Positions 9,029 through 19,960 of a stretch of DNA of 64,000 bases are shown in pieces. Positions within the stretch are counted from its first letter, which is position 1, and every line of letters starts with the position of its first letter. Made by a program: the position numbers and the translations under genes. The notes below the pieces were generated by a model that had not been told where the DNA came from, made no database searches, and worked only from the letters and a program-made list of their open reading frames with translations. Source of the DNA: Clostridiales bacterium (GTDB taxonomy: Bacteria > Bacillota > Clostridia > Oscillospirales > CAG-272); contig DURE01000050.1 of the NCBI GenBank assembly GCA_012837425.1, positions 9,278-73,277 of the forward strand. Reading direction: 5' to 3'.

Positions 9029-11056
9029 TCAATGCCACGTTTTATCGGGCGGGGGGGTGTTCTGCCCGGAGTTTTCAGCATCACCGCCGCCAAGAGCCCG
9101 CTGTTCGGCATCGCGCCGGGCCTTTTCGCGGTTGGCCTCGGCCCGCCGGCGTTTCTTTTCGGCGGCAATTTCCTCAAGCTCCTCAAAGGTCGGGGTGCTC
9201 TCCATGGTGCGTTTGAACTGGTCAGCGTCCATAACCTCGTTTTTAATAAGGAATTCTGCTATGAACTTAAGCTTTTCAATGTTCTCGGTCAGAAGCTGCT
9301 TGGCGCGCTGGTAGGCCTCGGTGATTATGCGCTGGATTTCGGCATCTATTTTCGCGGCAACGGCCTCGGATATACTGTTGGTGTCGACAAACGACCTGCC
9401 GAGGAAGACCTCGCCGCGGGTATTGGAATAATTTATCGGGCCGATAAGGTCGCTCATACCGAGCTGTGTCACCATCCGGCGCGCAATATCGGTAGCCTTT
9501 TCTATGTCGTTTGCGGCGCCGCCCGAGAAGTTGCCGAACATAATCTCCTCGGCCGCTCTGCCCCCGAGCATTTCGCAGATGCGCTCGTGCAGCTCATCGC
9601 GGTAGACGCTGAACTTGTCTTCCTCAGGCACAATCAGGGTATACCCGAGTGCTCTGCCGCTCGGGATGATGGATATATGGTGCACCGGGTCAAGGCGAGG
9701 CAGCAGGTAGGCGAGAATGGCATGGCCGGCCTCATGAAATGCGGTATTGCGCTTTTCGGTTTCACTCATGCGCCGGGACCTTTTCTTGGTGCCTACCATC
9801 ACTTTTATGAAGGAATCCTCAATGTCGTTGCTGTCAATGAGGTTTTTGCCGCGACGGGCGGCCAGAAGAGCTGCTTCGTTGAGCAGATTTTCAAGGTCGG
9901 CGCCGGTAAATCCGGCGGTGGTCTGCGCGACCCTGGTCAAATCGACATCAGGGCCGAGCGGCTTGTTGCGGGCGTGAATCTTCAGAATCTCCTCACGCCC
10001 CTTTATATCGGGATAGTTTACTGTGACCGTGCGGTCAAAGCGTCCCGGCCGGAGCAGTGCGGGGTCAAGTATGTCGGGGCGGTTTGTCGCGGCGATTACT
10101 ATAACGCTGTCATGAGAGCCGAAGCCGTCCATCTCAACCAGCAGCTGGTTGAGCGTCTGCTCCCGCTCATCGTGTCCGCCGCCAAGTCCCGCGCCGCGGT
10201 GGCGACCGACGGCGTCTATTTCGTCGATGAATACTATCGAGGCCGGGGCCTTACGGGCAGTTTCAAAAAGGTCACGCACGCGCGAGGCGCCGACTCCGAC
10301 ATACATCTCGACAAAGTCCGAGCCGGATATTGAGAAAAAGGGAACCCCGGCCTCGCCGGCTACTGCCTTGGCCAATAGCGTCTTGCCGGTTCCCGGAGGG
10401 CCGACCAGGAGCACGCCGTGGGGAATTTTCGCGCCGAGCCGGGAGAACTTCACGGGATCCTTGAGGTAGGCCACAATTTCCTCAAGCTCGGCCTTTTCCT
10501 CGTCGGCGCCGGCCACATCCTTGAAGGTCTTTCGGTCCTTGTCATTCGGGCTCGGCACTTTTACTCTCGCCTTGCCGAAGGAGCTGATTTTGCTTCCCCG
10601 ACCGCCGGCCGCCTGATTTAAGGCGTAAAACCAAAGCGCGATAAAGACTATCAATACTATGGCATACGGCAGAAAGCTGACCCACCACGGCCACACGGTA
10701 GGCGGATCAAAATCATATTCCTCAAGGTTCTGATTGTTTAGATAATACTGCGAGAGGTCTGAGTGAAAAAGCTCAAGGCTCTGCAGCCTGTAACCAATCT
10801 TTTTTGTTGGATTTATGATTTTTCCGTCGGAGTCATAAACAAACTCGCCGTCCTCGCCGAGGTCATATATCTCGAGGTCAAGGTAATTGGTGTTTGAAAC
10901 TTTAAATGCTTTAACCTGGTCGTTCTTGAAGTACTCCACAACATCGTCGTATCTTATAGGCTCAACCTCGGTAAACTGAAAGAATTGCGATACGACAAGT
11001 ATTATGACGGCTATGACGGCAAGATAAACCAGTATTGTTTTGACGGTACTTTTCAT
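9029..11056 (-). CDS. ftsH: ATP-dependent zinc metalloprotease FtsH
   Basis: Two N-terminal TM segments, Walker A GPPGTGKT, the SRH region, and the zinc motif HEAGHAI. Length 675 aa. The gene order tilS-hpt-ftsH is conserved. Confidence 0.98.
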   Translation of the reverse strand: MKSTVKTILVYLAVIAVIILVVSQFFQFTEVEPIRYDDVVEYFKNDQVKAFKVSNTNYLDLEIYDLGEDGEFVYDSDGKIINPTKKIGYRLQSLELFHSDLSQYYLNNQNLEEYDFDPPTVWPWWVSFLPYAIVLIVFIALWFYALNQAAGGRGSKISSFGKARVKVPSPNDKDRKTFKDVAGADEEKAELEEIVAYLKDPVKFSRLGAKIPHGVLLVGPPGTGKTLLAKAVAGEAGVPFFSISGSDFVEMYVGVGASRVRDLFETARKAPASIVFIDEIDAVGRHRGAGLGGGHDEREQTLNQLLVEMDGFGSHDSVIVIAATNRPDILDPALLRPGRFDRTVTVNYPDIKGREEILKIHARNKPLGPDVDLTRVAQTTAGFTGADLENLLNEAALLAARRGKNLIDSNDIEDSFIKVMVGTKKRSRRMSETEKRNTAFHEAGHAILAYLLPRLDPVHHISIIPSGRALGYTLIVPEEDKFSVYRDELHERICEMLGGRAAEEIMFGNFSGGAANDIEKATDIARRMVTQLGMSDLIGPINYSNTRGEVFLGRSFVDTNSISEAVAAKIDAEIQRIITEAYQRAKQLLTENIEKLKFIAEFLIKNEVMDADQFKRTMESTPTFEELEEIAAEKKRRRAEANREKARRDAEQRALGGGDAENSGQNTPPPDKTWH

Positions 11057-11655
11057 CTTTTTGCAGGGTTCCCTTTCATAAATGACATTGGCGGTCTTTT
11101 GGGGTTGCTATTGTATATTTCGGGCTTCAGCACCCCGACATAAGGTAGGTTGCGGTATTTTTCATCATAATCCAGTCCGAATCCCACCACAAATCTGTCG
11201 GGGATAACGGCTCCTATGTAGTCAGGCTCAAAAGGTACCTCCCGGCGCGCGGGTTTGTCGAGCAGCGTGCAGGACTTAACGCTGCGCGCCCCGCGGCCGA
11301 GCAGCAGCCGGGTGAGATTGCTTAAAGTGCGGCCGCTGTCGATGATGTTCTCGACAATCAAAAGGTCAAGTAGGGGCAGGTCGGGGCGGTGAAAATCAAG
11401 CAGTATTTTTGTGTTTCCCGAGCTCACAGTGCCCGCGCCGTATGAGGATACCCTCATGAACTCGATTTCGGCGGGAATTTTGAGCGCGGTCATAAGAGCT
11501 CCGGCAAATATCACCGAACCTTTGAGGATCGAGACAAGCACAAGACGCTTATCCGGGGCCGAGTAGTCGCGCTCTATTTCAGAGGCCAGCCGGGTTATTA
11601 TCCGGCCGAGCTCCTCTTGACTGATTAGAATGCTTTCAACATCAGGGTTCATCAA
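11053..11655 (-). CDS. hpt: Hypoxanthine phosphoribosyltransferase
   Basis: PRPP-binding motif [14 protein letters not shown] and ..[22 protein letters not shown]. There is a 4-nt ATGA overlap with ftsH. Confidence 0.95.
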   Translation of the reverse strand: MMNPDVESILISQEELGRIITRLASEIERDYSAPDKRLVLVSILKGSVIFAGALMTALKIPAEIEFMRVSSYGAGTVSSGNTKILLDFHRPDLPLLDLLIVENIIDSGRTLSNLTRLLLGRGARSVKSCTLLDKPARREVPFEPDYIGAVIPDRFVVGFGLDYDEKYRNLPYVGVLKPEIYNSNPKRPPMSFMKGNPAKR

Positions 11656-13048
11656 AGCCCTCCTTTAAGGGAGTTGTATTGCGACACAGGTCGCTGTAAT
11701 ATGAGAGAAGCAGGCCGCCTTGTTTAGTCTTCGCCCCGTCGCGCACCGCGACGCCGGGAATCCAGAGCACCCCGTCCGGGTCGCAGACTATCGGTACAAG
11801 ATACCTCTCATCGAGCGGCAATCCGGTTTCCCGGAGCAGCCTGCGTACCTTTTTTGTCATGCCGCGAAACCTGACCGTATCTCCGGGCAGAAAGCTTCGC
11901 GCCACAAGACCCTCGCCGGCCCTGAGCCTGACGCTGTCCCGGCAGGTCAGATTTTCGGAGACCTCGGCCGGCCGGCGTTCAGAGGTCGTCAGCATGATGG
12001 CCCCGCCGGGCAAAAGGTTCAGCCCTTCGGCAAGCGGAATAGCAAAGTGTTCGGGCAAGACCCGCCTGCGCGGGTCGGCCACAAAGTCAAGACGCCCGTT
12101 TTCTATAACGGCGCGAATTCTCCCCGGGAGCGAGAGCGCCGAGCCCGGCAGACCCTTTTGCAGTAGCACGGACAGCGCGCGGACATGGACCTCCTCAAGC
12201 TCCCGGCCTGAGGCTGCGGCATATAGTTTTGAGAGAACACAGTGTTTTACAGCCCCCGGCAGTTTGTTCAGCCCGCTTACCGGCAGGCTTTCACCGTCTG
12301 TTTTGGCAAGGAATTTATCGGCCTCGCCCTCCACAAACTCCCACCCCTCGCGCGCCGCCGAAATCAGCCGAGCCGAGTTTTCGCGGATGCTCGGGCAGAG
12401 TTCCTCGAGCGCCGGAATGATTTTGTGCCGGATGAGGTTTCGCGAGCAGTTTATCTCCAAATTGGTCGAGTCGGTTACATAGGCGAGGTTGTTTTCTTCG
12501 CAATAGCGTATAATTTCACTTTTTGTCGCTGAAAGCAGCGGGCGGATAAGCAGGCCATCTCCGAAGGGCCGCACCGGGGGAATCGAGCAGAGTCCGCGCA
12601 GCCCGCAGCCCCGCGCGATGTTGAATATCAGGGTCTCGAGCCGGTCGTCGGCGTTGTGGGCGGTGGCCAGGAGGGGAATTCCCCGCTTTTCCATGACCGA
12701 CCTGAAAAAATCGTACCTCACGCGCCGCGCCTCGGCCTCAAGGCCGGTCTTGTGCTCCCTTGCCAGCGCCGGGATATCGGCGTCGAGCACCTCGCACTCA
12801 ATCCCGTATTCGGCGGCAACTCTTTTGCAGAACTCGCGGTCGCGCAGGGCTTCCTCGCCGCGGATGCCGTGGTTGACATGCGCCGCCAAAAGCGGCGTTT
12901 CGTGTTCCCGGCAGTATCGTGCGAGCAGGTGCAGCAGCGCGCGGGAATCGGCGCCGCCCGAGAAGGCAAGCAGCACGGGAGTTGTCCCGGGCAGGCCGCT
13001 CAGCTTGTGAGGCGGAATAAAACTAATGCCGATTTTATTTTTGTCCAT
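11642..13048 (-). CDS. tilS: tRNA(Ile)-lysidine synthetase
   Basis: PP-loop motif LLAFSGGADSRALLHLL. I prefer the ATG at 13048 (MDKNKIG). The track's alternative TTG at 13090 cannot be excluded. Confidence 0.9.
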   Translation of the reverse strand: MDKNKIGISFIPPHKLSGLPGTTPVLLAFSGGADSRALLHLLARYCREHETPLLAAHVNHGIRGEEALRDREFCKRVAAEYGIECEVLDADIPALAREHKTGLEAEARRVRYDFFRSVMEKRGIPLLATAHNADDRLETLIFNIARGCGLRGLCSIPPVRPFGDGLLIRPLLSATKSEIIRYCEENNLAYVTDSTNLEINCSRNLIRHKIIPALEELCPSIRENSARLISAAREGWEFVEGEADKFLAKTDGESLPVSGLNKLPGAVKHCVLSKLYAAASGRELEEVHVRALSVLLQKGLPGSALSLPGRIRAVIENGRLDFVADPRRRVLPEHFAIPLAEGLNLLPGGAIMLTTSERRPAEVSENLTCRDSVRLRAGEGLVARSFLPGDTVRFRGMTKKVRRLLRETGLPLDERYLVPIVCDPDGVLWIPGVAVRDGAKTKQGGLLLSYYSDLCRNTTPLKEGFDEP

Positions 13049-13108
13049 TTTATTTTCTTTATGATAAAACACCCTTTCAAACAGTAACAATTATTTGTAC
13101 AAGCCAGC

Positions 13109-14449
13109 TCATTTGTCAGGTTCAGAGACGATAGACCGGTATTTAGTATATTGTCCCAACCAGCCCATGCGTACCGTACTGGTCATGCCGTGGCGGTTTT
13201 TGGCGACAATGACCTCGACGATATTCCCGCCGCTCTCCTCGGGGCCCTTGTCCCGGTTATAATAATCGTCGCGGTACAGGAAAATAACGACATCGGCGTC
13301 CTGCTCTATAGAGCCCGAGTCGCGCAGGTCGGCCAGCACCGGCTTTTTGTCGGCCCTTGCCTCGGGGCTGCGGGAGAGCTGTGCGCAGCAAATCACCGGG
13401 ATGCCGAGGTCTTTGGCCATCAGCTTCATGTTCCGGGTGATTTCGGCGACCTCCTGAACCTTGTTTTCGGTGCGCCGCTCGCCCTGCATGAGCTGCAGGT
13501 AGTCTATTATGACGAGTCCGAGATTGTTCACCCGGCGCAGCTTGGCCTTCATGGCGGTGGCGGTAATCCCCGAGGAGTCGTCTATCAGAATATCCATGCC
13601 GGCAAGCTTTGCCGACGCCTCGGCCACCTTTACCCAATCGTCCGAGCTCAGCCGGCCGGTGCGCAGGGTGTAGCTGTCAACCATGGCCTCGCTTGAAATC
13701 ATGCGGTTTACCAGTTGCTGCGCCGACATTTCAAGCGAGAAAATGCAGACCGCCTTCTTTGTCCTTGAGGCGACATTAGAGGCGATATTGAGCACAAAGC
13801 TGGTTTTGCCCATACCGGGGCGAGAGCCTATTAAAATCAGGTCGCCCTCTCCCATGCCGGCCAGCACATTGTCAAGCCCCGAAAAGCCGGTGGGAATCCC
13901 CAGTGCCGATTTGTCGCCCTCATAGAGCTTGTTGAGGTTTGCATATACTTCGCCGAGCACGTCCCGGATATGTCTGAAACCGCGGGTATCCCGGCCCTGG
14001 GCTATCTGGTAGATTTTGTTCTGTGCGTTTTCTATAATATTTGTTGCCTGGTCCTGCTCCGAATATGCAGCGGCGCTGATTTCCTCGCAGGCTGCAATAA
14101 GCTGGCGGAGTACGCTCTTTTCCTTAATAATGCGTGCGTAATCCTTTATGTTTTGGGAGCCCGGTACAACCTGGCCAATTGTGTGTATATAATCCTCGCC
14201 GCCCGAACGGTTGTAGACCCCCTTTTTTACCAGCATGTCGAGAAGGGTCACGATGTCGATGTCATTGTCGGTCATGAACAATTCGTGCATGGCAAGGTAT
14301 ATGTGCCGGTGCTCGTCTATGTAGAAATCATCAGCGGTTATTATATCTGCCACATGGCGGATAGACTCGGGGTCTATCAGTATCGCGCCGAGCAGCGACT
14401 GCTCGGCTATCATCGAGAATGGCAGCTTTCTTGTCAACTCATCGTTCAT
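13109..14449 (-). CDS. dnaB: Replicative DNA helicase DnaB
   Basis: 446 aa. N-terminus LPFSMIAEQSLLGAILIDPE and Walker A GSRPGMGKTSF. The gene order rplI-dnaB is conserved. Confidence 0.97.
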   Translation of the reverse strand: MNDELTRKLPFSMIAEQSLLGAILIDPESIRHVADIITADDFYIDEHRHIYLAMHELFMTDNDIDIVTLLDMLVKKGVYNRSGGEDYIHTIGQVVPGSQNIKDYARIIKEKSVLRQLIAACEEISAAAYSEQDQATNIIENAQNKIYQIAQGRDTRGFRHIRDVLGEVYANLNKLYEGDKSALGIPTGFSGLDNVLAGMGEGDLILIGSRPGMGKTSFVLNIASNVASRTKKAVCIFSLEMSAQQLVNRMISSEAMVDSYTLRTGRLSSDDWVKVAEASAKLAGMDILIDDSSGITATAMKAKLRRVNNLGLVIIDYLQLMQGERRTENKVQEVAEITRNMKLMAKDLGIPVICCAQLSRSPEARADKKPVLADLRDSGSIEQDADVVIFLYRDDYYNRDKGPEESGGNIVEVIVAKNRHGMTSTVRMGWLGQYTKYRSIVSEPDK

Positions 14450-14508
14450 GACTGTGCAAGTTCCTTTTAGTTCCTGTCAGCATTCGGATGTTTTCATCCG
14501 GCCGCAGC

Positions 14509-14955
14509 TTATTTTTCACATACCAAAAGGCTTATGGTCCCGTTAATCTCGGGATAGAGCTTTACCTCAAGGGTATAGTTTCCGTATGCCTTTATCGGCT
14601 CGGGGACAACAATTTTTCGGCGGTCGACTTCAATCCCGAAGTCGCGTTTCAGCGCCTCTGCAATATCCTTTGAGGTTACCGAGCCGTATAGCCGGCCGTC
14701 TGCCCCGGCGCTCATTTTGATTTTTATCAGCAGCCCCGAGATTTTCTCGGCCTGGGCCTTTGCCTCGGCGCGCTCGGCCTCAATGCGGCGCTGCTTTGAC
14801 TCCTCGCGGTTTTTCAGGTCGGTAAGCGCCTTTTTGTCTGCTGGCACGGCAAGCCCCCGCGGGATAAGATAGTTGCGGGCATAGCCGTCGGCAACCTCAA
14901 TTATCTGGTCCTTTTTGCCAAGAGCCCTGACATCCGATTTAAGTATTACTTTCAT
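14509..14955 (-). CDS. rplI: 50S ribosomal protein L9
   Basis: N-terminus [37 protein letters not shown]. The start is moved to ATG 14955, with AAAGGA 9 nt upstream. Confidence 0.95.
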   Translation of the reverse strand: MKVILKSDVRALGKKDQIIEVADGYARNYLIPRGLAVPADKKALTDLKNREESKQRRIEAERAEAKAQAEKISGLLIKIKMSAGADGRLYGSVTSKDIAEALKRDFGIEVDRRKIVVPEPIKAYGNYTLEVKLYPEINGTISLLVCEK

Positions 14956-15000
14956 AGCAATCATTCCTTTCTTGCGACAAAAGCGCCGCCGGCAAGCTGG

Positions 15001-17067
15001 TCAGGCGTTGTCGAGATACTCGTCTATAGCTTCGGTGAGCAGCTTATAGGCATGGTCCATGGTTCCATTGACCTGCGCCGCAGCGGCGTTGAAGTGCCCG
15101 CCCCCTTTGAGCTTTTCAAGAATGAGCTGCACGTTTATTTTGCCCGAGGAGCGCGCCGAAACGCGGATTTCGTCATTTATGCTGACCAGCGCAAAGGCGG
15201 CGTCTACCTGACGAATGGTAAGCAGCTTGTCGGCCGCCTTTGAGGCGGCGGTGCGGTCCTGCTCGGCGTTTCCGGTGCCAATGCTGCGGGTTATCGCAAT
15301 ATTGCCACGGTAGAGCTCGATGTCGCTGCTGAACTTTGCCTCAGCCAGATAATCCGAGAAGTCCTCCTCAAAGTACTGCCGCACGACCTCGGATTTCGCC
15401 CCCTCGCTCTGAAGGTAAAGCGCCGCCGCGAAGGTGCGGGTCCCGGTGTCCTTTGTGAAAAACTTGGTGTCGAGCATGATGCCGGCGTACATGGCGTTGG
15501 CTTCGTCTCTCAGTATCGTGTCGGCCGGCACCGACTGCTCAAGTATCTCGGCTACCAGCTCACAGGTAGAGGAGGCGACCGGGTCGATATAGTTTACCAG
15601 CGGCTCGAAGTCGAACTGCTCGGTCTGGCGGTGGTGGTCGATGATTGCAATCCTGTCTACGCTGTCGGCGATGTCGGGTGCTTCTATTATATTGAAGTTG
15701 TTGGCGTCGCAGATTATAAGCAGGGTGTCGGGCTTTACAAGGTCAAGGCCCGAGAGCGCGTCGGTGAACATGTCGGCATACTCGCTGTTGCGCGAAAGCC
15801 GCTCGGCGATAATACGGAAGTTGTCGCTTTTCTGGTCGGCGACAATCCGCACCGGCACGCCGCAGAAAATACAAAGCCGAGCAATGCCCACACAGGCGCC
15901 GATAGAGTCGAAATCCGGGTTTTTATGTCCCATTACCAGCACGTTTGAAGATTCGGAAATCCTCGCGCTCAGCACCGCGGCGTTAACCCGCGAGCGCACG
16001 CGGGTGCGCTTCTGCATGCCCTTTGAGCGCCCGCCGAAAAACTCGGTCTCATTCCCGTGGCGAATTACCACCTGGTCGCCCCCGCGCTGAAGTGCCAGGT
16101 CAAGGGCGAGCATGGCCTCGTTCTCGCGTTCGGAGAGCGGGCCGATTCCGACCGAAATGCCCATCGACACGGTGACCGACATGCTATCATCGCCTAACCG
16201 GACATCGCGGATTGAGTCGAGTATTTCAAATTTATTTTTAATGCACTCGTCGAGCATTTCCCGGGTGATAATGAGCAGGTAGCGGTCGCGGTCGTACTCG
16301 CGCAGAAGCCCCTTCATACTGGCCGCCCAGTTTTTCAGTATGGCGTCTATCTCGTTTGCGGCCTGCCGGTAGCTCACCCGCACATACTGCGCCAGCTCCT
16401 CAAGATTGTCGAGCATGATAAAGGCGACGACGGTATTCTCGCGCTTCATCTTCTCGCGCAGCTCGACCAGCGCGGTTATCTCGGTGAACACAATCATATA
16501 GCAGCGGGTTCCGTTGACGGTCATCGGGTATCCCCGCGCCAAAAAGCGCCGGCGGCGGATACCGACCGTCATGCCCTCGCCCGGATATGCATATTCGGTT
16601 TTGCCGTTTTGAATGTCGAGCGAGAGCTGCCCGTTGGGCTCGCTGGCCGCAATAATCTCCCCGGCAGACGCCCCGCAGATTTCCTCGAGCAAAACCCCGA
16701 GATAAGGCTTGCCTAAAATCTCCTGTAGCGCGCGGTTTATTATGGTCACCCGGCCCTCGACCGAAACTATGGCATAGGGCAGGTCGATGGTCTCGCGGAA
16801 CATCTGGTATATCTCGGTGTTGAATGCGGCGGCGCGCTCTTCTTCAATCGCTATTCTTCTTAGCCTGTTGCGCACCCCGAGAAAGGTGAAAATCGCCGTA
16901 TATATATATATAACTGTAAGGATTATGCCGAACAGCGAGGGCGGCAGCGTAGTAAAAGAAACCACGACGGTGTAGACCGCGAGCAAAAAAACGCCGATGA
17001 GCACGCATACCATAAGCGGTATTCTTAGATCGGCCACAGAAGCGGGTTTTGACCGGTTCTTTTTCAA
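15001..17067 (-). CDS. gdpP: GdpP/YybT-type DHH-DHHA1 phosphodiesterase (cyclic-di-AMP phosphodiesterase family)
   Basis: Two N-terminal TM helices, a PAS-like region and a degenerate GGDEF region. DHH motif (IIDHHR) and DHHA1 motif GGGH (KLKGGGHFNAAAAQV). Its position upstream of rplI-dnaB matches Firmicutes generally. Confidence 0.9.
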   Translation of the reverse strand: MKKNRSKPASVADLRIPLMVCVLIGVFLLAVYTVVVSFTTLPPSLFGIILTVIYIYTAIFTFLGVRNRLRRIAIEEERAAAFNTEIYQMFRETIDLPYAIVSVEGRVTIINRALQEILGKPYLGVLLEEICGASAGEIIAASEPNGQLSLDIQNGKTEYAYPGEGMTVGIRRRRFLARGYPMTVNGTRCYMIVFTEITALVELREKMKRENTVVAFIMLDNLEELAQYVRVSYRQAANEIDAILKNWAASMKGLLREYDRDRYLLIITREMLDECIKNKFEILDSIRDVRLGDDSMSVTVSMGISVGIGPLSERENEAMLALDLALQRGGDQVVIRHGNETEFFGGRSKGMQKRTRVRSRVNAAVLSARISESSNVLVMGHKNPDFDSIGACVGIARLCIFCGVPVRIVADQKSDNFRIIAERLSRNSEYADMFTDALSGLDLVKPDTLLIICDANNFNIIEAPDIADSVDRIAIIDHHRQTEQFDFEPLVNYIDPVASSTCELVAEILEQSVPADTILRDEANAMYAGIMLDTKFFTKDTGTRTFAAALYLQSEGAKSEVVRQYFEEDFSDYLAEAKFSSDIELYRGNIAITRSIGTGNAEQDRTAASKAADKLLTIRQVDAAFALVSINDEIRVSARSSGKINVQLILEKLKGGGHFNAAAAQVNGTMDHAYKLLTEAIDEYLDNA

Positions 17068-17632
17068 AGCCTACCTCCTTGCAGTATCGGTCGGAATGAC
17101 TGGCAGCCGGCCCGAGCCTTACTATATCCTGTTTCAGTATTATATCATATCAGTGGGCATTATATTATATCAGGGTAAGACGGCTGATTTTACCACAGGC
17201 GAAGAATACGGGCTTTCGTCCTCCTCTCCGCGGACCCTCAAAATTTGACTGTACGTTATTATAACATATAAGTGTGAAAATGTAAACACTATTTATCGAA
17301 GGAAATGTGACGGCGCCGGGAAGGGAGGATGGAGGCCGCAAGTAAGAAAAAAAGATAAAAAGAAGTGCAGCAAGCGGCATTGGAAATAACCGGGAGCGAA
17401 GTTTATCGGTCTTGCCGATAAAATAGCCGAGTATTATAAAGCTTATGCGGATATTGAAGGTTTCCATTTGATTTTTTCATCACACGATTCTGCAATTGAA
17501 ACAAGTATTAAGAATAGCATTTACAGCAATAAATGGCATTTGCATGGGTAATTGAGTATGAATAAAAAATTTAATGCATACCCCGGTCTGTTCATGCATA
17601 CCGGGGTATGCAAAAAAATACATAAAAAACTA

Positions 17633-17661
17633 TTGCATTTTCATTTCGGGTATGATATAAT
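17633..17661 (+). promoter_or_regulatory. Sigma-A-type promoter of the rimP-nusA-infB operon
   Basis: TTGCAT, a 17-nt spacer, then TATAAT (17633-17638 and 17656-17661). Confidence 0.55.
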
Positions 17662-17762
17662 AACCGCAAGTATTATGGTTTGCGATGAGAGTGGGTTGTG
17701 AGGCCCACTCTCAATTGTCGAGGGGAGGGTCAGCGCTAGTCCCGACAGGCGCCAAAGGAAAA

Positions 17763-18248
17763 ATGAACAACAAAAAGAATATTGCCGGCCGCGTGGCCGA
17801 GCTGATAGCGCCGGCCGCCAGAGAGGCCGGACTTGAGCTGTGGGATGTTGAATTTGTGCGCGAGGGGGCGCGGCAGATGCTGCGCGTCACAATAGATTCG
17901 CCAGACGGCATCGGTATCGACGACTGCGAGAGGTTTCACCGCATTATCGACCCGCTGCTCGATGAGGCCGACCCTGTTGAGAGCAGCTATTACCTTGAGG
18001 TCAGCTCGCCCGGGGTTGAGCGGGAGCTGAAAACCGAGGCGCATTTTGCGGCCTGCACCGGCTGCGAGGTCGAAATAAAGCTCTACGCGCCCGACAAGAC
18101 CGGCAAAAAGACCCACCGCGGCAGGCTCGCCGGCCTCCGTGACGGCAAAATCCTGCTCGACACGCCGGAAGGGAAGATTGCCCTCGACCGGAGCGCCGCC
18201 GCGCGGGTGCGCACCGTGTTTGATTTTAATGACGACAATATGTCATAG
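17763..18248 (+). CDS. rimP: Ribosome maturation factor RimP
   Basis: Start at ATG 17763 (MNNKKNIAGRVAELIAPAAREAGLELWDVEF..YYLEVSSPGVEREL). Conserved position before nusA. Confidence 0.93.
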   Translation: MNNKKNIAGRVAELIAPAAREAGLELWDVEFVREGARQMLRVTIDSPDGIGIDDCERFHRIIDPLLDEADPVESSYYLEVSSPGVERELKTEAHFAACTGCEVEIKLYAPDKTGKKTHRGRLAGLRDGKILLDTPEGKIALDRSAAARVRTVFDFNDDNMS

Positions 18249-18287
18249 ATATATAACAGAGATGAGGTATTGAAAGGAACAACCGCG

Positions 18288-19310
18288 ATGAACAAGGACT
18301 TTTTTGCGGCGCTCGACCTGCTTGAAAAGGAAAAGGGAATTCCGAAGGAATATATGCTTGAGAAAATCGAAGCGGCGCTCGTGTCGGCCTACAAAAAAGA
18401 ATACGGCAACAACACCAACGTGCGCATACTTATAAATCCCGAGAAGGAGGAAATCAAGGTTTTTCAGCAGAAGGAAGTGGTCGAGGAGGTCACAAATCCT
18501 GAAACCGAAATTTCGCTTGAGGACGCAAAGCAGCTAAGCAAGCGCAACACCGTTGGAAAAATAGTTGAAATAGAGATAAAGACCAAAAACTTCAGGCGAC
18601 TCTCTGCTGCGGCGGCCAAGTCGGTTATAATCCAGAGCATACGCGAGGGCGAGCGCCGCGCAATGCAGCAGGCCTATGAGAACAAGCGCGAGGAAATAAT
18701 CACCGCCACGGTAAACAGGGTTGACCTGACAACCGGAAACGCGGTGCTTGAGATAGGTACAGGACGTGCGATTTTGCTCAGGAGCGAGCAGATACCCGGC
18801 GAGACCTTCTACCCGGGCGAAAAGATAAAGGTGTTCATATCCGAGGTCAACAAGGAGGCAAGAGGGCCTCTGGTCACCCTGTCCCGGGTTCACCCCGGGC
18901 TGGTAAGGCGCATGTTTGAGCTTGAGATACCCGAAATTCAGGACGGAATTGTACTCATAAAGGGCATTGCGCGCGAGGCCGGCTCAAGGACCAAAATCTC
19001 GGTCATGTCGCGCGATGAGGATGTCGATCCGGTGGGGGCCTGCATCGGCCCCCACGGGATGAGAATTGCCGGAATTGTCGACGAGCTGCGCGGCGAGAAG
19101 ATAGATATTGTCAAGTACAGCGAAATCCCCGAGGAATATATCGCCTCGGCGCTGGCCCCGGCCTCGGTCGAGGAGGTGACCCTGATCGGCGAGCGGTCCT
19201 GCCGGGTTACCGTCAGCCCCGACCAGCTCTCGCTGGCCATCGGCAAGGAGGGGCAGAACGCCCGGCTTGCCGCTCGGCTGACCGGATACAAAATAGATAT
19301 AAAGTCATAA
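18288..19310 (+). CDS. nusA: Transcription termination/antitermination factor NusA
   Basis: N-terminus MNKDFFAALDLLEKEKGIPKEYMLEKIEAALVSAYKK, followed by S1 and KH domains. The ATG at 18288 is preceded by GAAAGGAA. Confidence 0.97.
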   Translation: MNKDFFAALDLLEKEKGIPKEYMLEKIEAALVSAYKKEYGNNTNVRILINPEKEEIKVFQQKEVVEEVTNPETEISLEDAKQLSKRNTVGKIVEIEIKTKNFRRLSAAAAKSVIIQSIREGERRAMQQAYENKREEIITATVNRVDLTTGNAVLEIGTGRAILLRSEQIPGETFYPGEKIKVFISEVNKEARGPLVTLSRVHPGLVRRMFELEIPEIQDGIVLIKGIAREAGSRTKISVMSRDEDVDPVGACIGPHGMRIAGIVDELRGEKIDIVKYSEIPEEYIASALAPASVEEVTLIGERSCRVTVSPDQLSLAIGKEGQNARLAARLTGYKIDIKS

Positions 19311-19325
19311 CGGCTTGGTGTTGCT

Positions 19326-19613
19326 ATGGAACAGAAGAAAAAAAAGAAAATCCCCGAGCGTCAGTGCCTCGGCTGCAACCAGCACAAACCCAAGCGTGAG
19401 CTTTTGCGGGTGGTGCGTACCCCCGAGGGCGAGGTCTTGCTCGACTTTACCGGCAAAAAAAACGGCCGTGGGGCCTATATCTGCCGCGATGTCATGTGCC
19501 TGAGGAAGGCAAGGAAGTCAAAGCGGCTTGACCGCAGCCTCGGCTGCGAGGTGCCGGAGGCGGTTTATGACGCGATGGAAGACGAACTTATCGAAAATGG
19601 AGAAGCAAACTGA
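19326..19613 (+). CDS. ylxR: YlxR/RnpM family (DUF448) RNA-binding protein
   Basis: Motif RQCLGCNQHKPKRELLRVVRTPEGEV..DFTGKKNGRGAYIC. Conserved position between nusA and infB. Confidence 0.92.
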   Translation: MEQKKKKKIPERQCLGCNQHKPKRELLRVVRTPEGEVLLDFTGKKNGRGAYICRDVMCLRKARKSKRLDRSLGCEVPEAVYDAMEDELIENGEAN

Positions 19614-19944
19614 AAACAGCCGGCTGCTGCTCACCCTCGGCCTCGCTGCCCGCGCCGGTGCCCTTATCTACGGCACCGACATGGTATGCGCAGCGCTCAG
19701 GCGTGCAAAAGGCGCTCCGCTTTTGGTTATTGAAGCGTCGGACACCTCGGCAAACACCCGCAAAAAACTCACCGACAAATGCAGACATTATAAAGTCAGA
19801 CATATAGTCGTCCCGCACAGCATGGCGGCACTCGGCAGGGCCCTGGGCAAAGGGGCACTTGCGGCGGTCGGGATTGTTGACCGTGAGTTCTGCCGGGCAG
19901 TTGAAAAACAGCTCGACGGTTGGCGCGATTCGGACGAAGGGTAA
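19597..19944 (+). CDS. ylxQ: L7Ae/L30e family ribosomal-protein-like protein (YlxQ)
   Basis: Start at ATG 19597 ([30 protein letters not shown]..), overlapping the ylxR end by 17 nt. Conserved position before infB. Confidence 0.85.
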   Translation: MEKQTENSRLLLTLGLAARAGALIYGTDMVCAALRRAKGAPLLVIEASDTSANTRKKLTDKCRHYKVRHIVVPHSMAALGRALGKGALAAVGIVDREFCRAVEKQLDGWRDSDEG

Positions 19945-19960
19945 ATTCAGGAGGAAATAT

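Noticed and set aside
9026-10333. Long ORFs antisense to or overlapping clear genes. Examples: 9026..10333 opposite ftsH, 2319..3512 opposite UPF0210, 35721..37100 opposite the flavin reductase and proA-like genes, 40541..41611 opposite comM, 62401..63816 opposite fucI, and 60992..61606 opposite the Cys-rich gene.
   Set aside because: High-GC genomes produce long stop-free antisense frames. Their products are low-complexity (R/A/G/P-rich) with no recognisable motifs, whereas the opposite strand encodes unmistakable conserved proteins.
17165-17467. A 100-aa minus-strand ORF upstream of gdpP with hydrophobic stretches (METFNIRISFIILGYFIG...).
   Set aside because: There is no Shine-Dalgarno sequence before the ATG. 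It lies in an AT-rich promoter region and has no recognisable family. It could be a small membrane protein, but I cannot support that from sequence alone.
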